From Eledone cirrhosa (lineage: Eukaryota): 64,000 nt of DNA. Numbering within the stretch: the first letter of the stretch is position 1; every line of letters begins with the position of its first letter. The notes beneath the pieces were generated by a model. It was not told the origin of the DNA and searched no databases. It saw nothing but the letters and a program-made list of their open reading frames with translations. Where the stretch lies: assembly GCA_964016885.1 (NCBI GenBank), contig OZ024755.1:4464001-4528000 (forward strand). The letters run 5' to 3'. Positions 1-12,697 of the stretch are shown in pieces. The position numbers were made by a program, and so were the translations under genes.

Positions 1-92
1 TATTAAAATTCGAAAATGAGCATTTGTGATTCGCAAATCTCGATTTAAATGTCGAAGAAGTTGCCCCTATGTAGTTGTATGTGTTGTTATTT

Positions 93-150
<58 letters not shown>

Positions 151-303
151 ATATATATCAGGTATTAAATTAACAATGAAAATAATAACAAAATCGATTT
201 ATTTTACCTATTCATATCATTGTTTTACAATCGTTTCGGAGGATTGATCATATTGAGTTCTATCTATGGTACAGACCCTACCAACAAGGGTAGACCACAC
301 TGA

Positions 304-355
<52 letters not shown>

Positions 356-378
356 AATATATATATATAAATAAATAT

Positions 379-569
<191 letters not shown>

Positions 570-570
570 T

Positions 571-1166
571 ATAAATCAAGAAAGAAGAGTGACACGGTTT
601 GCTATACAATAAGGGCTTTAATCACATTGCTGACAATTGTTTCTCTGAACTGGTAGGTCTAGAGATCGCTACCCACCTGTTTCTGCGTCAATCGATCACC
701 AATACATAATTATAACCAGTCAATTCATCAGTGGCATTAAATCAGAACAATAATAACAATGTTATTATTGTTCTGATTTAATGCCACTACTATATATAGA
801 AGCCATGCCTGTGTATTCCCTTCATTCTCGCATGCTCTGATCAATTGACTGGTTATAACTATGTATTGGTGATCGATTGACGCAGAAATAGGCGGGTATC
901 GATCTCTAGACCTACCAGTTCAGAGAAACAATTGTCAGCAATGAGATTAAAGCCCTTATTGTATAGCAAACCGTGTCACTCTTCTTTCTTGATTTATTAT
1001 TACTCCAAGTGTAAACTACATAGAAATCACCGCGTACTCACAGCATCACTATGGAAACGCCTTGTTGAGTCAAACTTAGCCAAGCGTTGATACTATCCAC
1101 TACTCGGAGTACCCTAACTGGACTACATCTAAGTGGACTACCTATAACAGTAATTTGTTATCCAGT
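571..1166 (+). mobile_element. Penelope-like pLTR-type element between (TA)n tracts with an upstream inverted copy and a hammerhead motif
   Basis: 571-731 is a near-identical reverse complement of ~837-996; separate perfect 29-bp hairpin at 730-788; flanked by TA repeats; contains a hammerhead-like core. Confidence 0.6.
826..946 (+). ncRNA. Type I hammerhead ribozyme motif with enlarged stem II (core variant CUGAUCA)
   Basis: Stem I TGCT(833-836)/AGCA(937-940) extended by TCTC/GAGA; CTGATCA 837-843 (the inverted copy at 725-731 reads CTGATGA); stem II base TGACTGGT/ACCAGTTCA; GAAAC-AATT-GTC 925-936. Confidence 0.6.
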
Positions 1167-1169
1167 ATA

Positions 1170-1203
<34 letters not shown>

Positions 1204-1538
1204 CATACGGTTGATATGGGTGCAATTCAGTTGAAGCACTCAACATCATGTTACTTCTTCAAAATAAGGATGATGGAATATAATTAGAATTATGAAAATG
1301 TGACGTGTTAGATGTTAAAAAGTCCTTTATTGATAAACCTATGATACATATTTCAATGACAATCTTAGTCACTTGATTATTTAACCCTTATCGTGATTTC
1401 ACCAGACAGCAAAATTGAGTTAAAGATTACGTTTCCAAGGCAATCATTCTTTTAGTCCATACCCTCAAAAACCTAACCTTTTATCCAATATTGCTGTCTG
1501 ATGAAATCCCAACATTGATCATCATTGAAATATGAATC

Positions 1539-1816
1539 TAAAGTCTGTCTTAAGCCAGAAGGCTCATTTGGCCGGTGCTTATCCCGGTTTCATGGCGTGA
1601 AGTGACTGAGTGTACAAGACTCCCCCCTGGACAGGACGCCAGTCCATCACAGGGTTAAACCTCCAACTATTGCTGGTACTCATTTTCAGCTGAGTATACT
1701 GGAGCAACGTGAAATGAAGTGTTTTGCTCAAGAAAATACCACGCAACCCAGGAATCGAGCCCACAACATTATGATCGTAAGTCCAACACTCTTACCACTA
1801 GGCCATGTGCCTCTAC
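1539..1816 (-). mobile_element. tRNA-derived SINE, full length, with 12-bp target-site duplication
   Basis: Minus strand has box A TGGCCTAGTGG and box B GGCTCGATTCC; TSD GAAATATGAATC(1527-1538)/GAAATATAAATC(1817-1828); related copies at ~28335-28512 (-) and ~60550-60830 (+). Confidence 0.85.
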
Positions 1817-2155
1817 GAAATATAAATCATAGCTTTATTAATAAAGAACTTTTTAACATCTACAACTTCACATTTTCCTCTATATAAATATATACATATA
1901 TGTGTGTGTGTTCTCAGTTAAGAAAATATAGGCGGATAAAAAGGGAAACAAATGGTCTGTGTTTTGGCTTTCTCTTTAGAGTAAAAGAAACAACAGACAT
2001 TGTTCCAGAGTTCACACGAAATGGTATCATTTACCAAAGTTCCGTTTATAAGTTAAGCATTAAACTATAAAATACTTTAAAACACGGATATTAAAATTTG
2101 TCACAGTTTTATTCCACACATCTGTCTCCAATCTTATTTAGATATTTCAATACAC

Positions 2156-2208
<53 letters not shown>

Positions 2209-2408
2209 GCCAATTTGTTATGCCTTCATTACGTTGATTGAGTAGTGACTCGTGTTTTGCTATTGATCAACTGAAGGTTCGAGCAGGCCCGACTCTGGAA
2301 TCCAAAGCTTGTCAGACCTCGAGTGCTCATTTGGGTTAACCTACAGTAACTGCATCTCACACTCCCTATATATGTATTATATATATGTCTATATATAGTA
2401 ATAAATGT

Positions 2409-2640
2409 GAAGACTAAAATGTGAAGACTAAAATCCAAAGAGGGCTCGATAAGGATAAATATGATATATATCAAATATATAAGAACCCTAGAGCAAATAT
2501 TTATTAAAATAACATTAAAGTTTAAGCAAAGAATCGCTGCTCTCACCCTTAACGGCATCTTCAAACTAAAGTTTTAGTTTGAAGATCCTGTTAAGGGTGA
2601 AAGCAGCTATTCTTGGCTTAAACTTTAATCTGTTACTTTA

Positions 2641-2642
<2 letters not shown>
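2409..2642. mobile_element. Fold-back repeat element between TA tracts with a degenerate hammerhead-like core
   Basis: Inverted arms around apex 2571-2572; the same sequence recurs at ~26180-26240 and ~50712-50865; motif (T/C)(T/A)GAAGA-stem-GAAAGCAGC. Confidence 0.55.
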
Positions 2643-2712
<70 letters not shown>

Positions 2713-2716
<4 letters not shown>

Positions 2717-3315
2717 TTTGGTAAATCACTGATGAGGGACTCATTTTATAACATGTTATCCATGTGCAACCAGCAGTATTCTTCTCACCCATATTTTCAT
2801 ATATTTACCCAATTCTGTGTTTCTCTCTTTCTCTCTTACTGCTCCCTCGTTCTCTCTGTTTCTCTTACTTTCTTTCGTCCCCTCTGCCATGTCAGTTAAC
2901 TCTTTCTCTCTACTGACCTCTTCCTCACACTCCCACTCACTCAGTCCCTGTTTCTCCCCTTCTTTCTTCCTCCCGTTCGCTGGGAAAACGGTTTTCATTC
3001 TTTCTAACACCGGATTCACTAGCGAAAGGTCTGTTTTCTGACTCGCTCATATATTCACACAGCTTATGCTGAAAGAATAACTATGTTGCTTGTGTTTATT
3101 TCCATCTTCGGTTAGCTTCCCCCTGTGTTGTTTACTTGTCTCACTCGCTTTACGCGTTTCTATTGTCCTAATAACTTATTTTAGTTATTATCGCTCCAAC
3201 GTGAGGCATATGATTTTTAATGCGATGAAATACCCATGATCGTTTGGTAAATCACTGATGAGGGACTCATTTTATAACATGTGCAACCAGCAGTATTCTT
3301 CTCACCCATATTTTC

Positions 3316-3317
<2 letters not shown>
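2713..3317 (+). mobile_element. Element bounded by ~80-90-bp direct repeats, each containing CTGATGA, inserted in (TA)n
   Basis: 2713-2800 repeated at 3239-3317 (period 526 nt; second copy lacks TTATCCATG); TC-rich interior; flanked by TA repeats. Confidence 0.55.
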
Positions 3318-3350
<33 letters not shown>

Positions 3351-3959
3351 ATGTGCCAGCATGAACTCCTAGAGAAATTTTGTAAGGCGGTACAAGATCC
3401 CTTTAGGGCCCAAAGAAGGCAAAGATTTTTCTCGAAATGGATGTTGCATGGTTGCAGTGGGGCCTTCTTAGTTCTTGGGCCCCAGAACAATGTACCGGCT
3501 GGACCCCTTCCCTCTTATAGGCCCTGGTGGAAGATACTCGTTCGGATGTCACACATTTACACACATACTCGACCAATAATTATCAACATCTCCACTCTAC
3601 AACCGTTGCTAAATTATCTTCCATTAGTCCAGCTCTTTTGTTAGGAATAAATCCAAGCAGCCATATTCACAGTATCTTAGCAACCAAATATAAATTCTCT
3701 TAGTTGTCAACTCTCTCTCCCAGCTTTCATTTTGTTTTTTTACCTACATGTTTTCTTCCCCTCCCTCCTATCAAATAAAGAAAGTATATACAATATATAG
3801 AAATATATTTTCAGCACACGTTTTTGACAAAAATAGTGGAACATGGTGGCCATACGGGACCCTGGGGACGGGAAAATGTGCCTTGAAGCTGTTAACATTT
3901 AGTTAACATAAATTCTAAAAAATTCATAACCCACTCAATGATTCTAAAAATAGTTTGTT

Positions 3960-4009
<50 letters not shown>

Positions 4010-4026
4010 GTAAGTATGTAAGTATG

Positions 4027-4064
<38 letters not shown>

Positions 4065-4089
4065 CATACATACATACACTCATATATAG

Positions 4090-4191
<102 letters not shown>

Positions 4192-4590
4192 ATATATATA
4201 TAATCTCACACACCATATCATCCAACCAGTTCAGTAAGTATTTGCAGGTGTAGTCTTTTGCGGGTTACGTTTGCCTAATTCCCAATACAACAACCGCTAC
4301 AAAAGTTATTTTTAAAATTTCCTTTTTCAACTCACACAGAAACCATTGAGGATGTGTGTTCATTGAGAATACCAGGGTGGAGGTTTGTAACTGGCCTTTT
4401 CCTTTAACAGAGGCGGTGGAACTGTGGGGAGAGGGCATGCCTTCCCCACCACCTCCAATAATTATATTTTTCTCCCCAAACTACCGTAACACACATCTAT
4501 TTGTATATGTGCTACAATTTATGTACATGTTATGTTTATCAAATATCGAAGGTTTTTTTTATATGTTGGTTGATATTTGATAATAACAAA

Positions 4591-4930
4591 GAAGGAAGAC
4601 GCAGTAGAGGAAGACCACGAAAAACATGGGCGGAGGTGGTGAGAGAGAGAAACTGGGTATAAGAGGGATAAGTTGTGGTGTGCAGGAGAGAAGACTGAGA
4701 TGGTATGGACATGTGATGCACATGGAGGATGACTGCTGGGTGCCAAGAAATCCCAGTAGAAGGAAGACGCAGTAGAGGTAGACCACGTAAAACATGGGCG
4801 GAGCTGGTGAGAGCGGACCTCAGATCGCTGAAACTCACGGAGGAGATGACAAAGGACCGTGACAAGTGGAGAGATGCTGTGCTGAATAGGACCTGTCCCA
4901 CCCTTGCAAGCAGGGAAGAGCGGACGTAAA

Positions 4931-4963
<33 letters not shown>
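4591..4963 (+). mobile_element. 3' fragment of an RTE-type LINE with (GAT)n tail
   Basis: Translates to LRWYGHV...EGRRSRGRPRKTWAELVRADL...DRDKWR, the typical C-terminus of RTE-like RT ORFs; short 3' UTR then (GAT)n; 4591-4645 duplicates 4760-4813. Confidence 0.8.
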
Positions 4964-4968
<5 letters not shown>

Positions 4969-5247
4969 CTAAACCAAATTGACCAAATTTGCCTCTCCTC
5001 TCTCCCAATTCAGAAATGCTTCCACCGCCCCAGTTTAAACAGTATACTGAACATTCTAGAATATGAGAAGATAATCTGTTCTCTATATTTTATTACATTA
5101 TGTGGATAAAAGACCAGGGCAAAATCTATTACCGATTTCTAATACTAGGTCAATATATTCTTTATTTTACCCAGAAATATTATTTGCTTAGAATTTCAGT
5201 CACCAATCAGCATGTGTATAGTTGCGTGCATGAATATATGTATCATA

Positions 5248-5464
5248 ATCATCATCATGATCATCATTTTACGTCCACTTTTCCCTGCTTGCAAGGGTGG
5301 GACGGGAACTGATTCTGGCTTGATTTTTACAGCTGAGTAAACTGGAGCAATGTGAAATAAAGTGTCTTGCTCAAGGAAACAACACATCACGCGGTCTGAG
5401 AATTGAACTCACAACCTTTTGATTGTAAGGCCAATGCTCTAACCACTAAGCCATGTGCCTCCAT
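5248..5464 (-). mobile_element. tRNA-headed SINE with RTE-derived 3' tail
   Basis: Box A TGGCTTAGTGG and box B GAGTTCAATTC on the minus strand; the 3' end matches the LINE tail at 4895-4940. Confidence 0.8.
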
Positions 5465-6200
5465 ATACATACATACATACATGGTGGCTGCCAACTCGTT
5501 TTCGAGTACGGCCACTACTTTATATCCATGTAGGAGAACCTCTACCGATGCACTGAACGAGTGTGACTTTTTAGTCCAGCCAGCGACTTGAAAACTCTGG
5601 TACAAACACTACACCTGTGACAATTATTGACACATAGTGCTGGGCCCATGGTACCATCTGTCGACAAGGGCAGAGAGATCTCCAGATATAAAGCAATGCC
5701 TGTGCCGTGAAGCTTTTATAGTGAGCAAAGGCACTGCACAAAGCCAGTCCCACTCTCTTAACCAAGATGATATTTACCAAAAAGAAGAACAAGTCAACAT
5801 CATTGGATACCATCAGAGTTGCAGGTGTTATATCAGAGTTTTCCTTCTCCTAGAATTCTGCCTTGACAAAAGCTAAGGGGTCATCTCTCCCGGTGATTTT
5901 GGATGGCCATTGACTCTTAAGAGCTCCTTTGCCCTTTGACAGGTTTTGTTTTTAGTCCTGCAGGATGTCCAAAGTCACCCTCCTCACCAAGAAACCTTGG
6001 TGGGGTTACCAGTTTAGTCGCCAACGACCCGACCATGAGACAGGTTGTACTGGGATACATGTTACCAGTAGCACCAACATACATACATACATACATATAT
6101 ACATCATCATCATCATCATCATCACCGTTTTACGTCCGTTCTTCCACGCTAGCATGGGTTAGACGGAACCCATGCTAGCGTGGAAGATATACATATATAC

Positions 6201-6231
<31 letters not shown>

Positions 6232-6271
6232 ATATATATATATATATATCGTGGAAGATATACATATATAC

Positions 6272-6302
<31 letters not shown>

Positions 6303-6405
6303 TTCTACCTCCATATATATATATATATCTTCTACCTGGAGTTGCAACCAATAGATAGTATTTGCAATTGGAAAGGCCAATGTTTCCTCGAAAGTCGATT
6401 GATTG

Positions 6406-6442
<37 letters not shown>

Positions 6443-6507
6443 GTGAGTATGTATGTATACATATACACACATATCTATGTATGTATACATAAACACACAT
6501 ATGTATG

Positions 6508-6546
<39 letters not shown>

Positions 6547-6765
6547 CGGTGGACGGCAAGAAATCCAACCGGGGGGGGGGGGGTCAACTTATAAATAAAA
6601 TGTTAAGTACCTGGGCCAAATCTTCCTCTATATTCTTTGATTTATTGCATTGTTGGTGAGGTGTGACTGTGCATTTATTACATTTACTGAGGAGGAGGGG
6701 AGGGGAGGGGAGGGGAGAAGGAGGAGGGGGGGGGAGAATATAGAAGAAGACAGAGAAGAAGAAGA

Positions 6766-6831
6766 AGAAGAAGACAGAGAAGAAGAAGAAGAAGAAGAAG
6801 AAGAAGAAGAAGAAGAAGAAGAAGAAGAAGA
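6766..6831. repeat. (GAA)n microsatellite
   Basis: Direct observation. Confidence 0.95.
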
Positions 6832-7174
6832 AAATTTACATAAATTGACATAAAATTTACATAATACTAGATAAAATGGCCGAAAGATGCCGAGTCACAG
6901 ATTCACAAATGACTGTATTTTTTTCTTTAAATATATTGTATGTGTTGATGTGTGATTCACAATATCATTGTATTGTATGTGTTTATGTGAGAATATCTCT
7001 GGAATTCACTCTACACTCAAGGTTGTTACCAAGGAGATACTGCTAGTGGTGTTGGTGGTTTTCTCCCATTCTTTCCAGTAGTTAAGTTGCTTATAATAGT
7101 AAGAGATGGGGAGAGTGGGAAAGACGGAGGCAGTGACAGTGGGAGTTTGGTTCCTTTGTGTTCAGACCTGGGTC

Positions 7175-7243
<69 letters not shown>

Positions 7244-7546
7244 TATATATATATATATATAGGTAACACGGTAAAAACCTCCCAGTTCTACACTGTAAAT
7301 GTGGTTGGTGTTAGGAAGGGCATCCAGCCATAGAAAACCCGCCAGACAGTCCTATGCGAGCAAGACAACCACTCTTGCCTCAAGTGGAACCCCGTCCAAA
7401 CCCATGCAAGCGTGGAATATGGATGTTAAACGATGATGATGATGATGATGATGATATATATATATAAATATGCATATATATATAAATATATATATATTAT
7501 TCAAAATATTAATAAATGAAAAATATTCTCATAATCAAAATATATA

Positions 7547-7605
7547 TTTTATTATACATATTTCAAAGGTACATTGGTGTTTAAGTACATTTTCATCAGA
7601 TAAAA
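7547..7605 (-). ncRNA. Type I hammerhead ribozyme motif (AUA cleavage triplet)
   Basis: Minus strand reads TTTTAT-CTGATGA-aaatGTAC...GTACcttt-GAAA-TATGTA-TA-ATAAAA; stem I TTTTAT/ATAAAA. Confidence 0.7.
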
Positions 7606-7672
7606 TATAAGATTTGATATGCAACATACCGCTACGGTTTTGATTATTTAATTCCATTTAATTATATATATA

Positions 7673-7960
7673 TCATCATCATCATTTTACGTCCGCTTTT
7701 CCCTGCTTGCAAGGGTGGGACGGGAACTGATTCTGGCTTGATTTCTACAGCTGGATGCCCTTCCTAACACCAACCTCATTTACAGTGAGTACTGGGTGCT
7801 TTTTTGCCGTGGCACCTCCACGACCACTTCTACAGCTGAGTAAACTGGAGCAATGTGAAATAAAGTGTCTTGCTCAAGGAAACAACACATCACCCGGTCT
7901 GAGAATTGAACTCACAACCTTTCGATTGCAAGGCCAATGCTCTAACCACTAAGCCCTGTG

Positions 7961-7963
<3 letters not shown>
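7673..7963 (-). mobile_element. tRNA-headed SINE with central domain and RTE-derived tail
   Basis: Same head and tail as 5248-5464, plus central GTTGGTGTTAGGAAGGGCATCCAGC also seen at ~7300-7330; resembles cephalopod Ceph-type SINEs (from memory, unverified). Confidence 0.8.
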
Positions 7964-8053
<90 letters not shown>

Positions 8054-8236
8054 TACACACATACATATATATATGTATATATATATATACACACACATAC
8101 ATATATATATGTGTATATATATATATATACACACCCACATATACATGTATATATACATATACATATATATAAAGATATTAAATAAATGGAAACTATATTT
8201 ATAAAACCATATTTATTCTATTATTTTAGTTGAAAG

Positions 8237-8426
8237 GGCGGTGGATTGGCAGTATCGGTAGAGGGTCGGACGCCATGCTTTCCAGCATAGTTACGTCCCT
8301 TTACGATCTGAGTTCAAATCCCGCCGAGGTTGACTTTGCCTTTCATCCTTACGGGGTCGATAAAATAAAGTACCAGTAATGCACTGGGTAATTGCTGGCC
8401 TTGTGCCTAAAGTAGAAACAATTATT
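8237..8426 (+). mobile_element. High-copy tRNA-derived SINE (Nin/Deu-domain-like core)
   Basis: Box A TGGCAGTATCGG, box B GAGTTCAAATCC, core ACTTTGCCTTTCATCCTTACGGGGTCGATAAAATAAAGTACCAG. Roughly 20 full or partial copies, e.g. 11188-11370(-), 23098-23290(+), 25220-25400(-), 26275-26375(+), 32222-32330(+), 36800-36940(-), 39913-40100(+), 45430-45615(+), 46960-47145(-), 49725-49870(+), 62075-62240(-). Confidence 0.9.
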
Positions 8427-8462
8427 TTAGTTGAATTGCCAACAAATTGAATATCCTTTCTG

Positions 8463-8500
<38 letters not shown>

Positions 8501-8975
8501 ACCACACCCCAATATACAGTAATAGAGAAATATCAATGTAATGTAGTAGAGAGTGAAAGTAAATTATATTAAAAACCTTTTAAGTGTACTGGCAGCAGAA
8601 AATATACCGGTTAATGTCAGTCATTGTGAAAAGACACTGCTCGGTTAATAAGTACATAGAAAGAAATAACAAAACAAATGTTTAGCAAGATCAGACAGAA
8701 ACATGTTTACTTTACTGACAAACATTTAACTCTTTAGCATTCATATTATTTTATATATACTATTATATTTTCATGGTAAAGGCTTTACCTCACATAATTA
8801 TCTCTCATAATATCGAATCTATGAGATTTTGAAAGTATTTATTTTGAGAACAATACCTTAACAGCAGTATGAGCGACCAGTTACAGCCAGTTTCAACAGA
8901 AAAAGGTAGAGAATTCTGGCCGGTTTTGGTCAATTTGAACATTAAAGGGATAATGGTAAACATACATAAACAGAC

Positions 8976-9033
<58 letters not shown>

Positions 9034-9600
9034 TAGTAACACAACAGTTAGTTCACCAAAACAAGAGCTTTTAAAAGGGCAGATGAACTCCTCGGAGTCA
9101 ATGGCTACCCACCCCAACTAAGGGTTAAATAGCTCCCCCATTGAACCCTGGTCTGGCGAGGAGAGTAAGTGAAACCCCAGGTTGATAAAATAAAGTACCA
9201 GTAATATACTGGGATAATTGCTGGCCTTGTGCCAAAAATAGAAACAATTATCTCTCTATATATAATATATATATATGGAAAGAGAGATTGCAGTGCTGAG
9301 ACTGAGGATACCACTAGTCTCTCTCTCTTTATATATATATATATATGTCCCACCCTTGCAAGCAGGGAAAAGCGGACATAAAATGATGATGATGATAATA
9401 TATATATTAAAGAGTTAAACAAGATTCAATGAGTATATCAAAGAATGAGTTTTACAGTAGATTGGAAGCACTCTACAGAAAAATATTTTCCAGAGTTATT
9501 AATATTAAAATACAAATATTAATAAAATAGATGTTCTTTTGATCAATTAAATTTTAAATCTTAACCATTTAACATCTCAGGGTATGTCATGTATCATTGT

Positions 9601-9653
9601 ATTTTGTCTGATGAGGACGTACTGTTGTACCTCTGAAATATGTATAATAAAAT
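9601..9653 (+). ncRNA. Type I hammerhead ribozyme motif (AUA triplet)
   Basis: ATTTTGT / CTGATGA(9608-9614) / ggacGTAC-tgtt-GTACctct / GAAA(9635-9638) TATGTA TA / ATAAAAT; the downstream ~55 nt are copied in inverted form at ~9499-9555. Confidence 0.75.
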
Positions 9654-9695
9654 TTAATTGATCAAAAGAACATCTATTTTATTAATATTTGTATT

Positions 9696-9764
<69 letters not shown>

Positions 9765-9767
<3 letters not shown>

Positions 9768-9960
9768 TTGATATAGAAAAGCTTCTACATGACTAGAACT
9801 GTTTCATTCGTGAGAAATCATCAGGTCAGCTTCCTGATGATTTCTCACGAATTAAACAGTTCTAGTCATGTAGAAGCTATTCTATATTAAATATTTATAC
9901 TCTGCTATGTATTGAACACCTTACTTACTATGGTTACCCTGAATGAACCCGGGATAAACT
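9765..9960 (+). mobile_element. Short fold-back hammerhead element, family A
   Basis: AGCTTC-CTGATGA-tttctcacgaat-(t)AAACAG-ttctagtc-aTGT-A-GAAGCT at 9828-9878, with inverted copy ~9770-9825; other copies at 37431, 43521, 44128, 50485. Confidence 0.75.
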
Positions 9961-10069
9961 TATCTATCTATCTATCTATCATTGTATGTAAACTTCCCCC
10001 TTTGTATTTGTCCCCCTGTGGCTAATAAAGAAACATATCTATCTATCTATAAAGAAATTTATCTATCTA

Positions 10070-10188
<119 letters not shown>

Positions 10189-10526
10189 CCTTTGTTCATA
10201 CTGCCTCTCTGTTTTGTTCCCCGTTCCATTTTTCACTATATATATATATATATATAAATACATACACACACAAATTGTGTATGTATGTGTATGAAGTGTA
10301 CTAGTTATAAATCTGTTATCTTTAGTGTGGTTAAGTAAGTATATCAATGTTGAGGGAAATATAAGATAAGATTAAAGGTTGAATATAAGATAACATTAAA
10401 GAAATCATTGATGTCATCGTGACCTCAATGATACTGGGCTTTTGGTATTGTTGTTAGAGTGTTCAACCAGCGGTGCTGCTCTAATTGGTGTCACTACTAT
10501 TACTGCTGCTACTGCAGTTCTGACAT

Positions 10527-10568
<42 letters not shown>

Positions 10569-10849
10569 GACAAAGATAGACAAACTGTTATTTATTTAAT
10601 GTTATTGTTGTTTAGCAGCATGTCAGCCATGACTGAGCAGCCATATGATGAGAGGTATTCCATCCGTGACCACCCCAAACAACTTAGGGATACATAATTC
10701 AATATGTTCTTTTCTAAGATTGTTAGGTGTGGTTTGAGGGAGATACAGTTGCTATTTCTAACAGGTCAATTGTCATGTAGAGGCTCCTTCATTAGTTCAA
10801 TTTTATTTAGTGGTTTTCAGAGAGTCACTCAAGATGGGGCTGCTACTTC

Positions 10850-11085
10850 TCCGAAGTGGGAGATTACAACTCTGATACAATGGACATGTGGTGAGAATGT
10901 CTCGGGAAAGAATCACTGGCCTAGATTTTACAGACAAAACCAGCTGGCCAACCGACAGGAGACACAGGGGTAGACCCTGAGCAATATGGTTGGATAACAT
11001 CCATAAACTTGGCTGGCTTCACTTGGGGACCCAGTTGGAGATGGTTGCATCTGACAGGGCCTGCTGGAAGGAGTGTTTTCAGGAC
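10850..11085 (+). mobile_element. Degenerate LINE RT C-terminal fragment
   Basis: GHVVRM ... RHRGRP*AIWLDNIHKL remnants with stops and frameshifts. Confidence 0.5.
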
Positions 11086-11699
11086 TCAGTTTTCACAGCA
11101 CTGATTTTCATTCCAGCCATGCAGCACTCGGCATCAAACCTATCAATTGCAAGTCGGAGATTACCTTCTGTTGAGTTAAATAATTGTTTCTAGTTTTTGG
11201 CACAAGGCCAGCAATTACCCAGTGCATTACTGGTACTTTATTTTATCGACCCCGTAAGGATGAAAGGCAAAGTTAACCTCGGCGGGATTTGAACTCAGAG
11301 TGGAAAGGGCCGTAACTCTATGCGTCAAAGAATGATGTCCGACTCTACCGATACTGCCAATCCACCGCCCTTGCCCATCCATTAAATAATACCATGTCAT
11401 CTGCAAATTCCAGCTGACTGATTCTACATTTGCCAGTTGACTGTGGTATCTGCCATATAGTAATGTTTTCAATTCAATGTTGGATAGAGTGTGTGTGGAT
11501 ACCAGCACATGCCATAGGCACCACATGAAGGGGGCACCACGTGAACTAGGAGCAAGTTCTATAAAGTCAAATAAGCCTCATCAGAGAGTGAAAAACAAAA
11601 CTCCTTCAGATGTATGATCTGTCTGTGATAATCATGGGTGAGAACATTATGGGGGCTGAATCATTGAACCATTTATATAAGTTATTAGGTCTCCATAGG

Positions 11700-11915
11700 T
11701 GAAGGTGTGTGGCTGAGTGGTTAGAGAATTGGATTCACAATCTTGAGGTTATGAGTTCGATTCATGGACCGGGTGATGTGTTATGTCCTTGAGCAAGACA
11801 CTTTATTTCAATTTGCTTCTTCTACATGGAGTTGCGACCCATAGTAGTATTAGCAACTGGAATGACCGACGAAATCATTGTTTCCTCGGTCCGATTTGAC
11901 GAAAGTCTATCGATC
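11700..11915 (+). mobile_element. tRNA-derived SINE with a different 3' body
   Basis: Box A TGGCTGAGTGG, box B GAGTTCGATTC; body repeated at ~58678-58850 and ~6328-6405. Confidence 0.75.
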
Positions 11916-12652
11916 CCTCTCAAGGCCCACAGGGATAAATTACAGTGCTAGGCAGGGGTGCAATTTCACTGCTTGCCATAGGTGCTATTTTCCTTCATTG
12001 TGTCTCTGGTAGCAATAGAACTCCGTGCCCTCAAACAGTACTTCACTGTTAGTCTATTGAGCTTTGTACAGAGTTTATCAATGGAACAGAGTTGAAGTAT
12101 TTTCTGGCTCTCAAGTGTAAACTTAATCACTGTAATACTGTCTCGGTAATGCTCTATATGGTTATTATGGTTTCACGGGCTAGTGTGTATATATATATAC
12201 ACACACACATAAAGACAGAGAGGGAGATAGGTAAAATTCCGACTTCTTGGCGCCACCGTCGAGATAAGCGTCTTTCTCTCTCTCTATATATATATACATT
12301 TTAAAAACATTTTCAGAACAATTTTTTTTAAAGGTTTCCCCTTAAAAAAAAAATTTCCTTCTGCCTTAACCTCGTTCGTCTTATCTTCGATTATTCTAAT
12401 TTTATTATATATATATATATATATATATATTTCGTTTCTGAATTTGTTTAGTAAGATTCTTTATTTGAAATCGTGTGTTGAAACCGATATTGTTATACTT
12501 TGGGAGGGTCATGTTGCCAATAAGAAACACACGCACCAGTTGCTTTCACTTCAATTTATTATATATTTATAAATTTATAAATTTACAAATCTACAAACTT
12601 ATAAATTTCTGGTTGGTTGGTTGGTTCCACAACCAGATAGTTGTTTATATAT

Positions 12653-12697
12653 AGTCATAGTCCTTTCGTCACACACTCTGTGACCTCTTCAGTGACT
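12653..12697 (-). ncRNA. Minimal hammerhead ribozyme in 3' pLTR
   Basis: AGTCA-CTGAAGA-gGTCACA-gagtg-TGTGAC-GAAA-ggac-TA-TGACT on the minus strand. Confidence 0.8.

Noticed and set aside
5480-6075. Possible LINE 5' end with an HDV-like ribozyme
   Set aside because: It looks repeat-derived and has small hairpins, but I could not build the nested double pseudoknot or a recognisable ORF.
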